IMG/VR virus record: IMGVR_UViG_3300023198_000617
DNA from: an uncultured virus (IMG/VR IMGVR_UViG_3300023198_000617)
Lineage: Duplodnaviria > Heunggongvirae > Uroviricota > Caudoviricetes > Crassvirales
Reading direction: 5' to 3' (one strand)
Length of the DNA: 64,000 nucleotides
In this document: positions 1-10,784 of the stretch, piece by piece
Layout of the letters: every line of letters begins with the position of its first letter
How positions within the stretch are numbered: the first letter of the stretch is position 1
Made by a program: the position numbers and the translations under genes
Notes under the pieces: generated by a model
What the model saw: only the letters and a program-made list of their open reading frames with translations
Told to the model about the DNA's origin: nothing
The model's database searches: none

Positions 1-14
1 AGTTTCATATTATG

Positions 15-893
15 TTATGGAAAATCAGGTGTTTCTGTTCCATAATAGGTCATTAATGTTTGAAAAGCATTATAAAGTATTACCCTCTTTGCATCTGACA
101 TTGCATTGCCATCAAAATGTAAAGATTGTTGTCTTGTGCTAAAATCCATAGGTCTTGGAACTGGGTACGAATCATTTGCTGCTAAAGCAAATTTTACTTT
201 ATATGAAAGAGCCCCTGCTCCTACATTAGTACCACCTCTGTTTATTCCATTTTTATTAAAATAACGCCAACCTATTTGATCTGACCAAACAACTGATAAA
301 CCTTCAGCAGGGCCCAGAGGATAATGATAACCTACCGATTTAACACCTTGTGTATTTATACTAATTGACGCTCTTTTATAATCACCTTGTTCTGAATAAT
401 GAACATTAAGTGCATCATCAACGAAAGTTCCATAGTCAAATTGTTGTGTTGCTACGGCTGCTGTCCGAACATAAATTCCGAATGATGCATCTGCAACTTG
501 ATATTGAACACCATCAGTGTTAGGTACAAAATGTGTATTAATATAAGAACTGTTTCCATTACTTGTGTACCCCTGATACTGCACCCATGAAGGAGCATTT
601 ACTACTGTTGCTACGTTTGCTTCTGTTGCAGGGTGAATCCAATCTAGCAGAGAATCTCTACCAGAAGCATGACTTGCCAAAATCCTTAACCTATCAAAAT
701 CTCCCCAAACATCACCTGCAACCAAAGTTTCAACAAATGTATCTTGTGCTGCTGCATCAGCCTCGCTGGGCTTGACGACAAATTCATCATATACGGCTTG
801 GTATTCTATGGAATATCCACCACCACCACCTTCACCTGCAATAACACTTCTACCAACTTGTCCTACATTAGATATAGCTCCTACAGTATTCAT
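15..893 (-). CDS. putative virion/tail-associated protein (beta-rich, lectin-like C-terminal part)
   Basis: 292-aa ORF in the structural strand block. Gly/Asn/Ser/Tyr-rich beta-strand composition. Function inferred from context only. Confidence 0.45.
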   Translation of the reverse strand: MNTVGAISNVGQVGRSVIAGEGGGGGYSIEYQAVYDEFVVKPSEADAAAQDTFVETLVAGDVWGDFDRLRILASHASGRDSLLDWIHPATEANVATVVNAPSWVQYQGYTSNGNSSYINTHFVPNTDGVQYQVADASFGIYVRTAAVATQQFDYGTFVDDALNVHYSEQGDYKRASISINTQGVKSVGYHYPLGPAEGLSVVWSDQIGWRYFNKNGINRGGTNVGAGALSYKVKFALAANDSYPVPRPMDFSTRQQSLHFDGNAMSDAKRVILYNAFQTLMTYYGTETPDFP

Positions 894-969
894 TTGTTAT
901 TTTATCTAAACTACATTTTCAAAATTCAAATCTGCAAATCTAGTAGTGTATTCTGCCAACTCAGTCTTA

Positions 970-1230
970 TTAATTTATTACATTACCTTCTTCATCATAC
1001 TCCCAAAATTCAATTTCACTTTCATTCTCTTGTGGTAATGCATCTAAAGCAGGAAACGCTTCTTTAATATCTTCATCATCCAGTACCCTCACAGGAAGTA
1101 CTGATCTGTTTGGGGGAGTTTTTACAGAAATAGGATTAATTGCTTTCCATAATAGTGTTTCGCCATCACGCTTTGCATTTCCTTTAAAATTTTCTACCTG
1201 TCCATCCGGTACTAATATAAATTGTGCCAT
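970..1230 (-). CDS. hypothetical protein
   Basis: 86-aa ORF, co-oriented with neighbours, AT-rich leader. Confidence 0.6.
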   Translation of the reverse strand: MAQFILVPDGQVENFKGNAKRDGETLLWKAINPISVKTPPNRSVLPVRVLDDEDIKEAFPALDALPQENESEIEFWEYDEEGNVIN

Positions 1231-1277
1231 ATCCTTTAAATTTAAAGACCAGTTAATTAGTATTCATGTATTATATT

Positions 1278-1547
1278 TTAAGAGTAGCCTACTATCGTTC
1301 CTGCTGAAATAGTAATTGATGTAACAGGATGACCTGCTACTACTGTAAGAGTTGTTCCTGCTGGAATTACTCCTACCCATGTTGGAGAACCTTGTCCTCC
1401 ACCTACTACAGCAGTAATTGTTGCTTCAGCAGCTACATAAATAGTAGTAAAACTACCTGTAATTGTACCAGCACCTATCCTTACAGTTGATCCTTTTGTT
1501 CCCATCAATCTATCAAAAAATGATTGAAGTACAGTTGTATCTTTCAT
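1278..1547 (-). CDS. small putative structural protein
   Basis: 89 aa, Thr/Gly/Val/Ile-rich beta-sandwich-like sequence in the late module. Confidence 0.5.
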   Translation of the reverse strand: MKDTTVLQSFFDRLMGTKGSTVRIGAGTITGSFTTIYVAAEATITAVVGGGQGSPTWVGVIPAGTTLTVVAGHPVTSITISAGTIVGYS

Positions 1548-1562
1548 GACAATATATTTTAT

Positions 1563-2051
1563 TTACGGTTTATACAGTTCTACGTGTGGTCTGTCATACA
1601 GGGTATTATCAGCAAGATCACCATCTTTGTCCCAATTACCTCCCCAACGGAGTTTGTGTTCGATCTCACCATCTCTAAAGAGAACTTCAGCTATCATAAC
1701 CATAGTTGCCCCAATATAGGTAAGATGTACAGTGTCCCAAGTCAATTCAGGTTTTTCTGGTACATACGCTTTAAAGTCTAACGCAAGGGAAGGAGAATAG
1801 TTGTGTTTCCCTTTGACACGATGACCGTCTATATTGGTAATCTTATTCTTAGGTTTGGTCAGTTTCCACCGCCCATCTATAAATTCCCTACCTTTTTTGT
1901 AGTACTCAAACTGCTTTTCAACAGGTCGATGTCCTTCATTGATAGAGAAATCTACAACACAATATTCTAATGCTGCATCTACAATTAGCTGTAGATCAGG
2001 ATGTAAAGTGTCATATTGTATTTTTGATCTATTTCCTAATGTATGAGCCAT
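1563..2051 (-). CDS. endolysin, peptidase M15 family (L-Ala-D-Glu peptidase-like)
   Basis: Motifs LHPDL, EGHR..EKQ, KHNY..SLALD, WGGNW and D.PHVEL typical of M15 Zn peptidases. Confidence 0.88.
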   Translation of the reverse strand: MAHTLGNRSKIQYDTLHPDLQLIVDAALEYCVVDFSINEGHRPVEKQFEYYKKGREFIDGRWKLTKPKNKITNIDGHRVKGKHNYSPSLALDFKAYVPEKPELTWDTVHLTYIGATMVMIAEVLFRDGEIEHKLRWGGNWDKDGDLADNTLYDRPHVELYKP

Positions 2052-2075
2052 TACGATGCTGAGTTATGAACATAG

Positions 2076-2112
2076 AAAAAAAGGGAACATAGGTTTCCAT
2101 GCTCCCCTTTTT
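2076..2112 (-). terminator. rho-independent terminator after the capsid module
   Basis: Minus strand reads ggggagcat-ggaaacct-atgttccc followed by a T-run. An A-run on the other side suggests it could act in both directions. Confidence 0.75.
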
Positions 2113-2134
2113 ATTGAAAGGTTATGATATACTC

Positions 2135-3433
2135 TTAGGTCACGTTTCCGACTTGAGCAGTACCGATTCCCCACAGGGTTACGATAATCTGGTCAAGAGC
2201 TAAGAGACCCAAAGCGTCAGCCTCCGCAGCATTGGATACAAGTGTTCCATCTCCGTTCACATCCACGTCCCATGCGATCATAATGGTCTTAGGAGACTCG
2301 GTTGGAGTTCCCTGAGCAGCCTTGAGTTCGTGATCATGCTGAATGACACATACGTCATACCATGTAGTACCGATTCCATCAGTACGATCTACAACACCTG
2401 CTTCGGGGAAGCCTCTGTAGATAAATTCATCAGCCTGAAGTTCCTTCTCAAGATTAGCAACATATTGTCCTGTTCCGTTTCCGGGATATGCAGCAGTAGA
2501 AGTCACTACAGTAGTACCAGCATCTCCAAAGTCAAGTTGAGTCTCCCAAAAGATGACGTTAGACCAGAAGTATCCTGCTTTGAACTCACGATCCACACCT
2601 TGAATCTTGACTCCCCAAGCTCCTTCTGTTACTGTTTCCAGAGAAGCAGCAGCGAAAGTAGCATTGGTAGCACCTTGCCACGGTACATCCAGTTCATAAA
2701 CTCTTGCAGCAGCAGCTCCACCATCGTTTCCTGCTACAACATATACAGGAGCAACTCCTGCACCAGTTGCACCAAAACGAATGAGTGCTCCGTTAGTAGT
2801 AATCGCAGTCATATCTTCACTGAAGACAACAAACTTTGATCCTTTTACTACAGAACCAGTAGCGGTTCCCATTGCGTTAGCTTGAGCACCTCCATTGATT
2901 CTCTCGAATACAATGTCTTGCTCAGTCTCACGAGAGTAGTTTGCGATCAGACTCTTTACAAGTCCAAGAGCTACAGCCTGTTGCGTATAACTTGCAGCTA
3001 CAGCGTTTGACTTATAGAATCCCTCCTTGATCTTTTGCTGCATAAATCCAGCAGTAGTCTTGTCAAGAATGTTCAGCCTGATAGTGTAAATATTGGAAGC
3101 AATAGTGTCCAATGCTCCGGAAACACCATTATAACCAACATAGTCAAGTTGCTGAGTTTCTTTTCCAGTGGCAGTCAGGTTGTAATGACGTACCATTTTA
3201 GGAAGAATTATATCGGAATGAATGAGCTTAGTACCACTCCTTTGAATGATCTTAAATCCTCTACTTGCCTCAGCAGCAGTAGTTGCGTTGTTAAGAACAA
3301 CATTTTCAGGATTCGTAAGAACGATCTCACCATCTGCAAGTTGGGTGTAGGCGTTGATTAATTCATCGACAGCAGCACCTCTTGAAGGGTCTTTCCCGAT
3401 AAAAAGTTGAGTTACGTTGTTAATTGTGTCCAT
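2135..3433 (-). CDS. crAss-like conserved structural protein (gene 73-like / auxiliary capsid protein candidate)
   Basis: 432 aa, Ala/Gly/Thr-rich. Third gene after the MCP in the canonical crAss order; YPGNGTG motif. Confidence 0.6.
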   Translation of the reverse strand: MDTINNVTQLFIGKDPSRGAAVDELINAYTQLADGEIVLTNPENVVLNNATTAAEASRGFKIIQRSGTKLIHSDIILPKMVRHYNLTATGKETQQLDYVGYNGVSGALDTIASNIYTIRLNILDKTTAGFMQQKIKEGFYKSNAVAASYTQQAVALGLVKSLIANYSRETEQDIVFERINGGAQANAMGTATGSVVKGSKFVVFSEDMTAITTNGALIRFGATGAGVAPVYVVAGNDGGAAAARVYELDVPWQGATNATFAAASLETVTEGAWGVKIQGVDREFKAGYFWSNVIFWETQLDFGDAGTTVVTSTAAYPGNGTGQYVANLEKELQADEFIYRGFPEAGVVDRTDGIGTTWYDVCVIQHDHELKAAQGTPTESPKTIMIAWDVDVNGDGTLVSNAAEADALGLLALDQIIVTLWGIGTAQVGNVT

Positions 3434-3464
3434 TTTCTTATGGTATTAAGTTAAACTAAAAATA

Positions 3465-4466
3465 TTATTCTTGTTGTTCCAATGCGGAACTAATCTGAAA
3501 TCCTTTCTCATCCTGAAGTGCAGCGTAAGCTAGTTTAATAGCCTTATCTACAATGTCACGATGTATGCTTGGATCAAGTAAACAATCAAGTCCAGTAGCA
3601 AAATCTACAAACCATATACTATCTATTGTACCATCAGACGTAGCATATGATACAGCAGTAGTTTCAGGAACAATAATTGGTCTTGGTTTACGATCAATGT
3701 GCAAATGTACAGTAGTGAAGGTGAATGTACCATCAGTAATGTACTCATGTTCTTTTAAGGATGCGTTTGCACCGTCGATCCTCCAAATTTTTTTAATCGA
3801 AGGTTTCTTATAGGGATTATCTTTATTCGCACTATAGAAATCATCGTCTATTGGGTCAACCTCTACATTTTCGATTGCGTTTCCTACAATCTTATCGTAA
3901 TAGAAATTTCCTGCTATTAATTCAATATCTGCTCTCTCATTACGAACTCTAAGAACAGGATCAGTAGTTATAGTTGCTGAATACACATCACTTGCATTGA
4001 GTTTTACTTCAGGAGAAAGACTTAATGTACGTCCATCTAATGAAATAGATATGATATGATACGATCCTTCATTTGTACCATCGTCAGCAACATATATCAC
4101 ATCTCCTGCACGAAATCCTCTTGCATTAAAATCAGCACCGGGACTTCCAATAGTATCTGCTACACCTACTCCATTTAAAGTAAAGGTTAATGACACCCCT
4201 TCTTGTATAACTTGAAGGGGAGTCAAATAACCATGTGGATAATTACCAGCAGTAAATGTCGAAAGGGGAATGACTTGTCTCAGACGAGAGATGGCTTTCT
4301 TATTTCGCTCATCGTAAGCACTGGACTTGAGTATCTCATAAACGATACTCTCCTGTGCTCGTGTGAGAAATGTAGAAATTTCTTTCGGTTCATATCCCGG
4401 AGCATCAAAGTTGGTTATTTTATCGTAACCAACGTCAAACTCATATTTCATTTGTTCTGCTGTCAT
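3465..4466 (-). CDS. crAss-like ring/head-tail connector protein (gene 74-like)
   Basis: N-term FDVGYDKITNFDAPGYEPKEISTFLTRAQ and C-term C.LDPSIHRDIVD.A.KLA resemble crAss ring proteins; position matches. Confidence 0.7.
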   Translation of the reverse strand: MTAEQMKYEFDVGYDKITNFDAPGYEPKEISTFLTRAQESIVYEILKSSAYDERNKKAISRLRQVIPLSTFTAGNYPHGYLTPLQVIQEGVSLTFTLNGVGVADTIGSPGADFNARGFRAGDVIYVADDGTNEGSYHIISISLDGRTLSLSPEVKLNASDVYSATITTDPVLRVRNERADIELIAGNFYYDKIVGNAIENVEVDPIDDDFYSANKDNPYKKPSIKKIWRIDGANASLKEHEYITDGTFTFTTVHLHIDRKPRPIIVPETTAVSYATSDGTIDSIWFVDFATGLDCLLDPSIHRDIVDKAIKLAYAALQDEKGFQISSALEQQE

Positions 4467-4472
4467 TGCTAT

Positions 4473-5465
4473 TTATTTAGCAAGTTCAATCTGGTTTTTC
4501 AATCTTAGGTATTCTTCCTGATGCTTGTCATCCTTGAGCCACTGAATACATTGGTAAAGACTTTTTCCAACTGGAATACCGTCAATAGTTTCAATGTGTC
4601 CACCAGCTATCATTTTAAGTGATCCTGTCTTTAAACCTCTATGTACCAGAAGTTTAAAATCATAATTATCAACATCGTCAATAATCTCACAAAGTCCTGC
4701 AAGGTCTGTATCAATCAGGTCTTGAATTTCTGAATAATAGAAATCCTTATCTGAATTTTCGGAAGGACGTTTACTCTTGGCATTTTCAAGATAGTAAACT
4801 GTCAGGAAGTCATACATGGCTTCTGAGGAAGAATCAATCTTCGACAGGTACTTGTACGCCTTCTTCATCGAATCAGCCTTTTTAATCTTCTCAGTATGTT
4901 GCTGTCCTTCATGCTGTAAGGCAATCCGGTAAGTACCACTCTTCAAACGCTTATCCCATGAAGGAGCTACTATTCCTCCATCAGGTTGTGAGTTTGCAAG
5001 TAATACTTTATACTGCAAATACATGATCGGATCACTTAAATCAAGGGTCATTAGAACAGTGGTATCTGTTACAATATCATCACTCTTTCTGACAATGACT
5101 CGGAAATTGTGCCAAAAATTCTTCTTGGTCCGATGTGGATTCAAGTCACCTCCTTTAAGGTCAAGATCAGCATCATTTTCAAAGAACGTTCTTTCTTCAG
5201 GTGTTAAAGGATTCTTCAGTCGTCCAGTATATCTATCCATCGGAACCTGAATACCAATGCTGGTATGATCATACATGAACGATCCAGAGTGTCCATCTGG
5301 AAGCCATTTTCCTGAACGGAGAATAGGTTTCACATGAACTTTAGTATTAGGTAAACTGAAGGGTACTTTTACCTCTTCTACCTTAACAGCTTCTTCCTGA
5401 AGCACCTCTTTTACAGGTGCTTCGGAAGTAGCCTCAGTGTTTTTCGCCATCACTTTTTTAGCCAT
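4473..5465 (-). CDS. crAss-like conserved protein (gene 75-like)
   Basis: Directly downstream of the MCP; NFW and LDLSDP..YL.YK.L motifs. Confidence 0.65.
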   Translation of the reverse strand: MAKKVMAKNTEATSEAPVKEVLQEEAVKVEEVKVPFSLPNTKVHVKPILRSGKWLPDGHSGSFMYDHTSIGIQVPMDRYTGRLKNPLTPEERTFFENDADLDLKGGDLNPHRTKKNFWHNFRVIVRKSDDIVTDTTVLMTLDLSDPIMYLQYKVLLANSQPDGGIVAPSWDKRLKSGTYRIALQHEGQQHTEKIKKADSMKKAYKYLSKIDSSSEAMYDFLTVYYLENAKSKRPSENSDKDFYYSEIQDLIDTDLAGLCEIIDDVDNYDFKLLVHRGLKTGSLKMIAGGHIETIDGIPVGKSLYQCIQWLKDDKHQEEYLRLKNQIELAK

Positions 5466-5509
5466 TTTCTTCTTCTTTAAATATGTGTAAGAACTCTCCT
5501 GTCAACCTC

Positions 5510-6973
5510 TTAGAGGATGATAGGCTTATATGTTGCAGTACGTGTGGGATCATAAACGATAGCTCCACCAGTGTACGCCCTGTGCTCGGTCCAAGCATCC
5601 TTCGGATTACTCATAATCCTGTTGGTTTTCCCGATAGTGAAAGGATCACGCAGTCCGGGTTCGTAGCCACGAATGTCTCCAAACTTGGCAAGAGCCACTT
5701 TCTGAATGTTAGGCTTTCCATCGGAAGTACCCATGTTCAGGATTTCATAAACACGAGATTCAGCAAGTCCCTGTCCACCGGGATAGTAAATCTTGTTACG
5801 AGCAAAATCATCCTTCAGTGCATCATGGACGATATTCACCTTGATACCATTAGGACCAATATACTCAAGGAACTGACCACGGAATCCCATAGTGTTTCCA
5901 CTCTTGGAGTAAATCCTGTAGTTGTCCCTTGCAGGTGTATACAGTGCAGTATAGTCTTCGAGAGCCTCACTGAACTGATACATTCCCCATTCTCCTGTCA
6001 GAACGGTTACTTCACGCTGTCCCATAACAACCTTACCAACGGTCAGGTCGAGCAGCATTTCAGTAAACTTCTTGATGTCGAATGAGTTATAGGTATTGTA
6101 GTTGGCAGCTTCCATTTGCTGCTTAATACCAGCACCCATTTGTAAGACACGACCCGATTTCCCACGTTGCACATACTTACCATCAGCAGACTTGTTGGTG
6201 GTAGCGTACATGATCAAGTGGTTGATCTCATCCTGATACTGCATTTCCAGCTCATATGAACGATAGTCCATCCAAGTAGTCATCATTTTCTTCGATACGG
6301 GATCGACCCATGAAAACTTAACAGGACGTTCGATCATGTTTCCGGGAATAGTATCTTGCATCCGGATCATGGTAAAGGCATTCATCATCTTGTAAGGGAA
6401 CGTGTAATGTACACCTCCACCTTTCACGGAGAGTTCTTGCTCAACGGGTGAGAAGTCCTTGCTGAAACGTTTTCCTGCAACGAGTTCATCGTAAGGAATA
6501 AATAATGCAGCATCTCCGGTATTCAGACGACATCTGTAACGCCACAATCCACCTACGTTTGCAGGGTCTTCAAGGACCAGAATAGGATAGATTTCGTTAC
6601 GCTCACCGACAATCTGGTTTACATCAGTGAAATATGCCTCATGGAAATAGAGGTAGAACTCTGCGAAGTTAAGACCAGCTTGACTTGCTGCTGTAACAGT
6701 AGTGCCAAGTGTAACTTCAGCTTTGGCAAGAGGAACATTCTTCTTACCATTGGTAGTGATGTCCCAAGTAAAATCGTCATCTGATTGTAGAGTCAGAGTT
6801 GGGAACTGGTTCAAATAAGCGTTTACAGTAGCACCAAGATTCGCTTGATGAATCATGGTTGCAACTTTAGACGCTTGTTGAGGCTCTATCCCGAACCTGT
6901 AACCCAAGTGCGACTTGGTTACGAGACCAGTGATGTCCTCTGATTCATAAAGTTGAAATGGTGAAATTCTCAT
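5510..6973 (-). CDS. major capsid protein (crAss-like, HK97 fold)
   Basis: 487 aa. Motifs GAGIKQQME, VLTGEWGM..F, GFRGQFLEY.GPNG..V.I.H, GYEPGLRDPF, GAIVYDPTR. Strongly biased codon usage; lies after portal and scaffold. Confidence 0.9.
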   Translation of the reverse strand: MRISPFQLYESEDITGLVTKSHLGYRFGIEPQQASKVATMIHQANLGATVNAYLNQFPTLTLQSDDDFTWDITTNGKKNVPLAKAEVTLGTTVTAASQAGLNFAEFYLYFHEAYFTDVNQIVGERNEIYPILVLEDPANVGGLWRYRCRLNTGDAALFIPYDELVAGKRFSKDFSPVEQELSVKGGGVHYTFPYKMMNAFTMIRMQDTIPGNMIERPVKFSWVDPVSKKMMTTWMDYRSYELEMQYQDEINHLIMYATTNKSADGKYVQRGKSGRVLQMGAGIKQQMEAANYNTYNSFDIKKFTEMLLDLTVGKVVMGQREVTVLTGEWGMYQFSEALEDYTALYTPARDNYRIYSKSGNTMGFRGQFLEYIGPNGIKVNIVHDALKDDFARNKIYYPGGQGLAESRVYEILNMGTSDGKPNIQKVALAKFGDIRGYEPGLRDPFTIGKTNRIMSNPKDAWTEHRAYTGGAIVYDPTRTATYKPIIL

Positions 6974-7006
6974 TTTTGCCTATTTTTCGGGCTTGTTAAT
7001 ATTAAA

Positions 7007-8263
7007 TTATAATCTTCTAAATGCTTTATCAAAGTCGTCAAGCTCTTCTTCAGATTGTTGAGGGATTCTTGCTTTTCCTGCAATTTGCTTTTCTCCGGAT
7101 TCAAAAATACCTCTCATTTCGTCGGTTGCTTTAGTCTTCTGGACCTTTGCAATTTTTGAAAAGTCAGGTTTCATATTTCCTTCCTCATCTATATTAAAGA
7201 GACCTAACGTATGGTAGTAATGGAGCATCATTTCAAATGATTCAGGGTTTCTGCCTCGTGTTACCATGACGGGATTAAGAGGATTTCCTGATTCATCTTT
7301 TGCAATGGGTACAGTCATTGATTGCATAATCTTCTCTCTTGTAGGTTTGGTCAATTTGATTCCGGGAATGATCTCCGGAGTATTATCAATCGACCTCTTC
7401 ATCCTTGCAACACGCTGACGAATCCCATCTTGTCGAGCTTGTTCTTCTGCTTGTGCTCCCGTTTCCAGATCGTTCATTGATTTCTTGAACACATCAGGAA
7501 GTATTTCGAGAGCTTTCTTAGCCTTTACGTGCAGGTTTTCAAGTGCCTTATAACCTTCAATCTCATCTGCAACTTCTTCCGCAGAATATCCTCTCATCTC
7601 AAGAGTACGGGTTACAAGTTCCTCCTGAAGTTTTTCATCTTCGTCGAGGTCACTTTCTTTGATACCTGAGTACTTATCATAGTTACGCTTTGCGATACTA
7701 TACTGGTCTACAGGTAAACCTTTATCTTTAGCTTCATAGAGTGCTCTCTCTTCATCACTTATAGAATCTTTGTAATTATCAACACCCATACGAATTTGTT
7801 CCCGTACAGATATTTGAGAAAGCTCTCTAAGAGCAGCAGCTTCATCTCCTTCATTCCTCTCTTTCAATGTCGCCCAATCTTCGTCACTAAATTCAAGAAA
7901 GACTCCCTCTTTGGCTCTGTCTCGTGCGAAGGCTAAAAATGGCGAAGAAGAAGAAGAATCGCTCGAACCATCCTTCGAGGGAGTCTTTTTGGTCTCTTCA
8001 TTTTCAGTCTTGTCAATGAACTCTTGTTGCTCCTCTGCTGATACAGAGTTTTCAGTGTCTTCCGATAGCATATCATTAATCTCAAATGAGCCATCGTCGT
8101 GCTGAGTAACTTCTCCGATTGTTTTCGGTTCTTTATTATCCTCAGTCTTAGTACTTTCCGTAGCAGTCTTTCCTGCTGGTTCTTCTGTGTTGACTTCAAT
8201 TAATCCATCGCCAACATTCATGTCAAAGAGTTGATCTCTTTGGTCTTCTTCTGATTTAGCCAT
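7007..8263 (-). CDS. acidic scaffold-like protein (crAss gene 77-like)
   Basis: Very Asp/Glu-rich, coiled-coil, located between portal and MCP. Confidence 0.65.
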   Translation of the reverse strand: MAKSEEDQRDQLFDMNVGDGLIEVNTEEPAGKTATESTKTEDNKEPKTIGEVTQHDDGSFEINDMLSEDTENSVSAEEQQEFIDKTENEETKKTPSKDGSSDSSSSSPFLAFARDRAKEGVFLEFSDEDWATLKERNEGDEAAALRELSQISVREQIRMGVDNYKDSISDEERALYEAKDKGLPVDQYSIAKRNYDKYSGIKESDLDEDEKLQEELVTRTLEMRGYSAEEVADEIEGYKALENLHVKAKKALEILPDVFKKSMNDLETGAQAEEQARQDGIRQRVARMKRSIDNTPEIIPGIKLTKPTREKIMQSMTVPIAKDESGNPLNPVMVTRGRNPESFEMMLHYYHTLGLFNIDEEGNMKPDFSKIAKVQKTKATDEMRGIFESGEKQIAGKARIPQQSEEELDDFDKAFRRL

Positions 8264-8279
8264 TTTAGTTCTTCTTTTA

Positions 8280-8287
8280 CAAAGTTA
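8280..8287 (-). promoter_or_regulatory. Bacteroidota-type -7 promoter box TAACTTTG
   Basis: caaagtta on plus = TAACTTTG on minus, 16 nt upstream of the scaffold ATG. Confidence 0.6.
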
Positions 8288-8327
8288 ATTTTACAAAAAA
8301 CCTAACACAAGTTATTAGATATATTTC

Positions 8328-10763
8328 TTATTTTGCTATAGCTCTAACAGGCTTTTGAACAGCCTTCTTCTTATCAATTTGTTCAGTAACCTTGTTATGA
8401 CGTACATTCTCAGAATGTTTTTTATCCTCAAGAGCATACTTCTTATTCATCTCTTCCCAATCCTGCTTGAGCTTTTCAATAGTTGCACGAGCTGCATCTC
8501 CGGAGTCACCTCTGGAATCTGCACCAATCTGAGCAACAGTAATATCAGTCTCAGCTTTAACAAGAGTTTTCTGCATATCAGTCTGACGATCTTGTTCAGC
8601 ACTCTGAGCCTGAAGCTGAGCAGCTTCTTGTTGAGCTTGAACTTGCTGTTCTTGCTGTTGCTGTTGACGTTGAATAGATTCTTCTTCGTAAGTCTCAATT
8701 TTACGTCTGATTGAACTCATTGAATCTGACAGATAAATATCCATCAGTCCAGAGAAATTGATCTTATCGTTCTGTAGACCAGCCTGAGCAAGTTGTTTCA
8801 TGGTACTGATCAGTTCAGCATCATTGGTAGCATTAGAAATCATAATACCATAATCCGCTTCATTGAACTGCTGACCATCAATCTCAGTTATAATCGAAGC
8901 CATCTCATCTGAGATATACTGCAATTTCTCATGACTCTTATTTCTCCAAGCATACTTCGCTGTCTCAAGAAGAGTCTCAAGAACTCTGAGTTTGGTATTA
9001 TCATGCATCATAAACCACTTCTCTGTAATGTGGCTGGACTGAGTAACAGCACGTTCTACACCACCGACAGTCTCACGATTCTCAATCTGACCTTCACGTT
9101 GAGCAGTAACACCAGCGATTTCACCAAGTTCCTGTTTAATAAATCCAAGCATCATTACGTGTTGCTGGATATAATTACCCATTTCCAGATCAAGAACCTT
9201 AGAGTTCTGATTCATCTGACCTGCAAGTTTCCCTGTAGCAGCACCTTTGTTACCTTCTTTAAACGGGTCTTCAATTGCCCATCCGAGAATCTCAGCGTAA
9301 TACATCCACTTATCCATGTCCCAACCGTCCGGAACACGAGAGGTATCCATTACCGAAATCTTTCCCTTACTCTTTGCAAAGGCAAGTTCTGTCCGATACA
9401 TAAATACATTATAGAGATATTGGTAAGGTTTCATTCGATCCATAAGCGAACGAGATTGGGAGGTGTTAGTGTTATAGATCGTTCCAACATAACCGCTACC
9501 ACCTGCTGACTTGTTCCCCATCCTTCTGAATTGGATAGGTCTTGGTCCCCATTTAACATAAATGTCCTCTGCGATTCTGGTTCCTTCCCACCACTCGTTG
9601 ACCCAAAACCAATCGACTTCTTCTCCGAGTTCTTCATTAGGTTTATAATTTTCATCAACTAATTTCTTCTGAAGCTCATTATCTTCGTCATACCAACTGA
9701 TCTCTCCAACCTTACGCATACTCACCCAAACAACCTTCACGACACGAACTTCTCCACTATCGTTATAAGCTGCTACATTACGGGTATTCATATCATCGGT
9801 ATCGAATATTGAATAGTCCCAATCCTTACCCTGTTCTCCTGAAACATCTCCTACAATTCCTATAGGATTCTGAACTGGTCTCCACGGATAATATTTGATT
9901 ATATCAGTATCATTGGTTCCTCCACCTATATAACCACGTTCAATCCGGTCAATCTCTTCAGGTTTGAGATGATCATAGTAATTGTCTATGACCCAGCGAA
10001 TTGGCTGATAAGTATCTTCGATAATCAAGTCTGCATCTTCAATCTGATAAGACTCTCCGGTCCGAATAATAGTAAGTGCAAGAGGATCAATTTTTCGTAC
10101 AGCAGGTTCACCACCTACAATTTCAATAGCATAAACCTCCTGTCCTGCAACAAGAGCATCTTCAAATCCACGATTAAATTTAATTTGGAGTTCTTGCTCT
10201 TTCCAAAGATATTGAAGGTACTGAGTAGCTCTGCGTTCTCTGAGATCCTGAGTCTCATACTTACTCCACTTGGAATATTTCTGAAGTTCCTCTTCCATCT
10301 GCTGCTCATCATAACCTTCAGCTTGGATTGCTTGAGTAATGGTAGAATAAATTTGTTGCTTCTGAGCTTCTTCTTTTTCAGAGATTGCATCTGGATTTGT
10401 AACAGTAACCCTCCAATCAAATCTTCGTTTATATTCTTCACCTATGAGAAGGTCAATCTTTGGATTAGCAATAGGATAGTTCTGCATCTTTGCAGGGAAA
10501 GTAGCTCCCTTGATTCCCCACGGATTAACTGCATTTTCCATATCTCTCTCATCTAAGATGTCAGCTCTTAGATTATAATTGGTAGCCATTGTCTGTTTAC
10601 TCTGAACAAGATTGCTGTCACTATTATAAGCCAAATCAATAGATGACTCAATACAATCTATGACAAATTGTTTTTTCTTACTACCAGTAGCTCGTTTTTG
10701 AAAGGGAAAATGAGCAGTTCTCTTGAGGGTATTGCCTATACCTGTGCCTCTGTTGTCGCTCAT
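8328..10763 (-). CDS. portal protein
   Basis: 811 aa directly after the terminase. NYPIANPKIDLLIGEE, EWWEGTRI, GVTAQREGQI..RETVGGVERA motifs of crAss portals; Gln-rich C-terminal barrel. Confidence 0.9.
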   Translation of the reverse strand: MSDNRGTGIGNTLKRTAHFPFQKRATGSKKKQFVIDCIESSIDLAYNSDSNLVQSKQTMATNYNLRADILDERDMENAVNPWGIKGATFPAKMQNYPIANPKIDLLIGEEYKRRFDWRVTVTNPDAISEKEEAQKQQIYSTITQAIQAEGYDEQQMEEELQKYSKWSKYETQDLRERRATQYLQYLWKEQELQIKFNRGFEDALVAGQEVYAIEIVGGEPAVRKIDPLALTIIRTGESYQIEDADLIIEDTYQPIRWVIDNYYDHLKPEEIDRIERGYIGGGTNDTDIIKYYPWRPVQNPIGIVGDVSGEQGKDWDYSIFDTDDMNTRNVAAYNDSGEVRVVKVVWVSMRKVGEISWYDEDNELQKKLVDENYKPNEELGEEVDWFWVNEWWEGTRIAEDIYVKWGPRPIQFRRMGNKSAGGSGYVGTIYNTNTSQSRSLMDRMKPYQYLYNVFMYRTELAFAKSKGKISVMDTSRVPDGWDMDKWMYYAEILGWAIEDPFKEGNKGAATGKLAGQMNQNSKVLDLEMGNYIQQHVMMLGFIKQELGEIAGVTAQREGQIENRETVGGVERAVTQSSHITEKWFMMHDNTKLRVLETLLETAKYAWRNKSHEKLQYISDEMASIITEIDGQQFNEADYGIMISNATNDAELISTMKQLAQAGLQNDKINFSGLMDIYLSDSMSSIRRKIETYEEESIQRQQQQQEQQVQAQQEAAQLQAQSAEQDRQTDMQKTLVKAETDITVAQIGADSRGDSGDAARATIEKLKQDWEEMNKKYALEDKKHSENVRHNKVTEQIDKKKAVQKPVRAIAK

Positions 10764-10784
10764 GATATGTAAGTTTTTATAAAA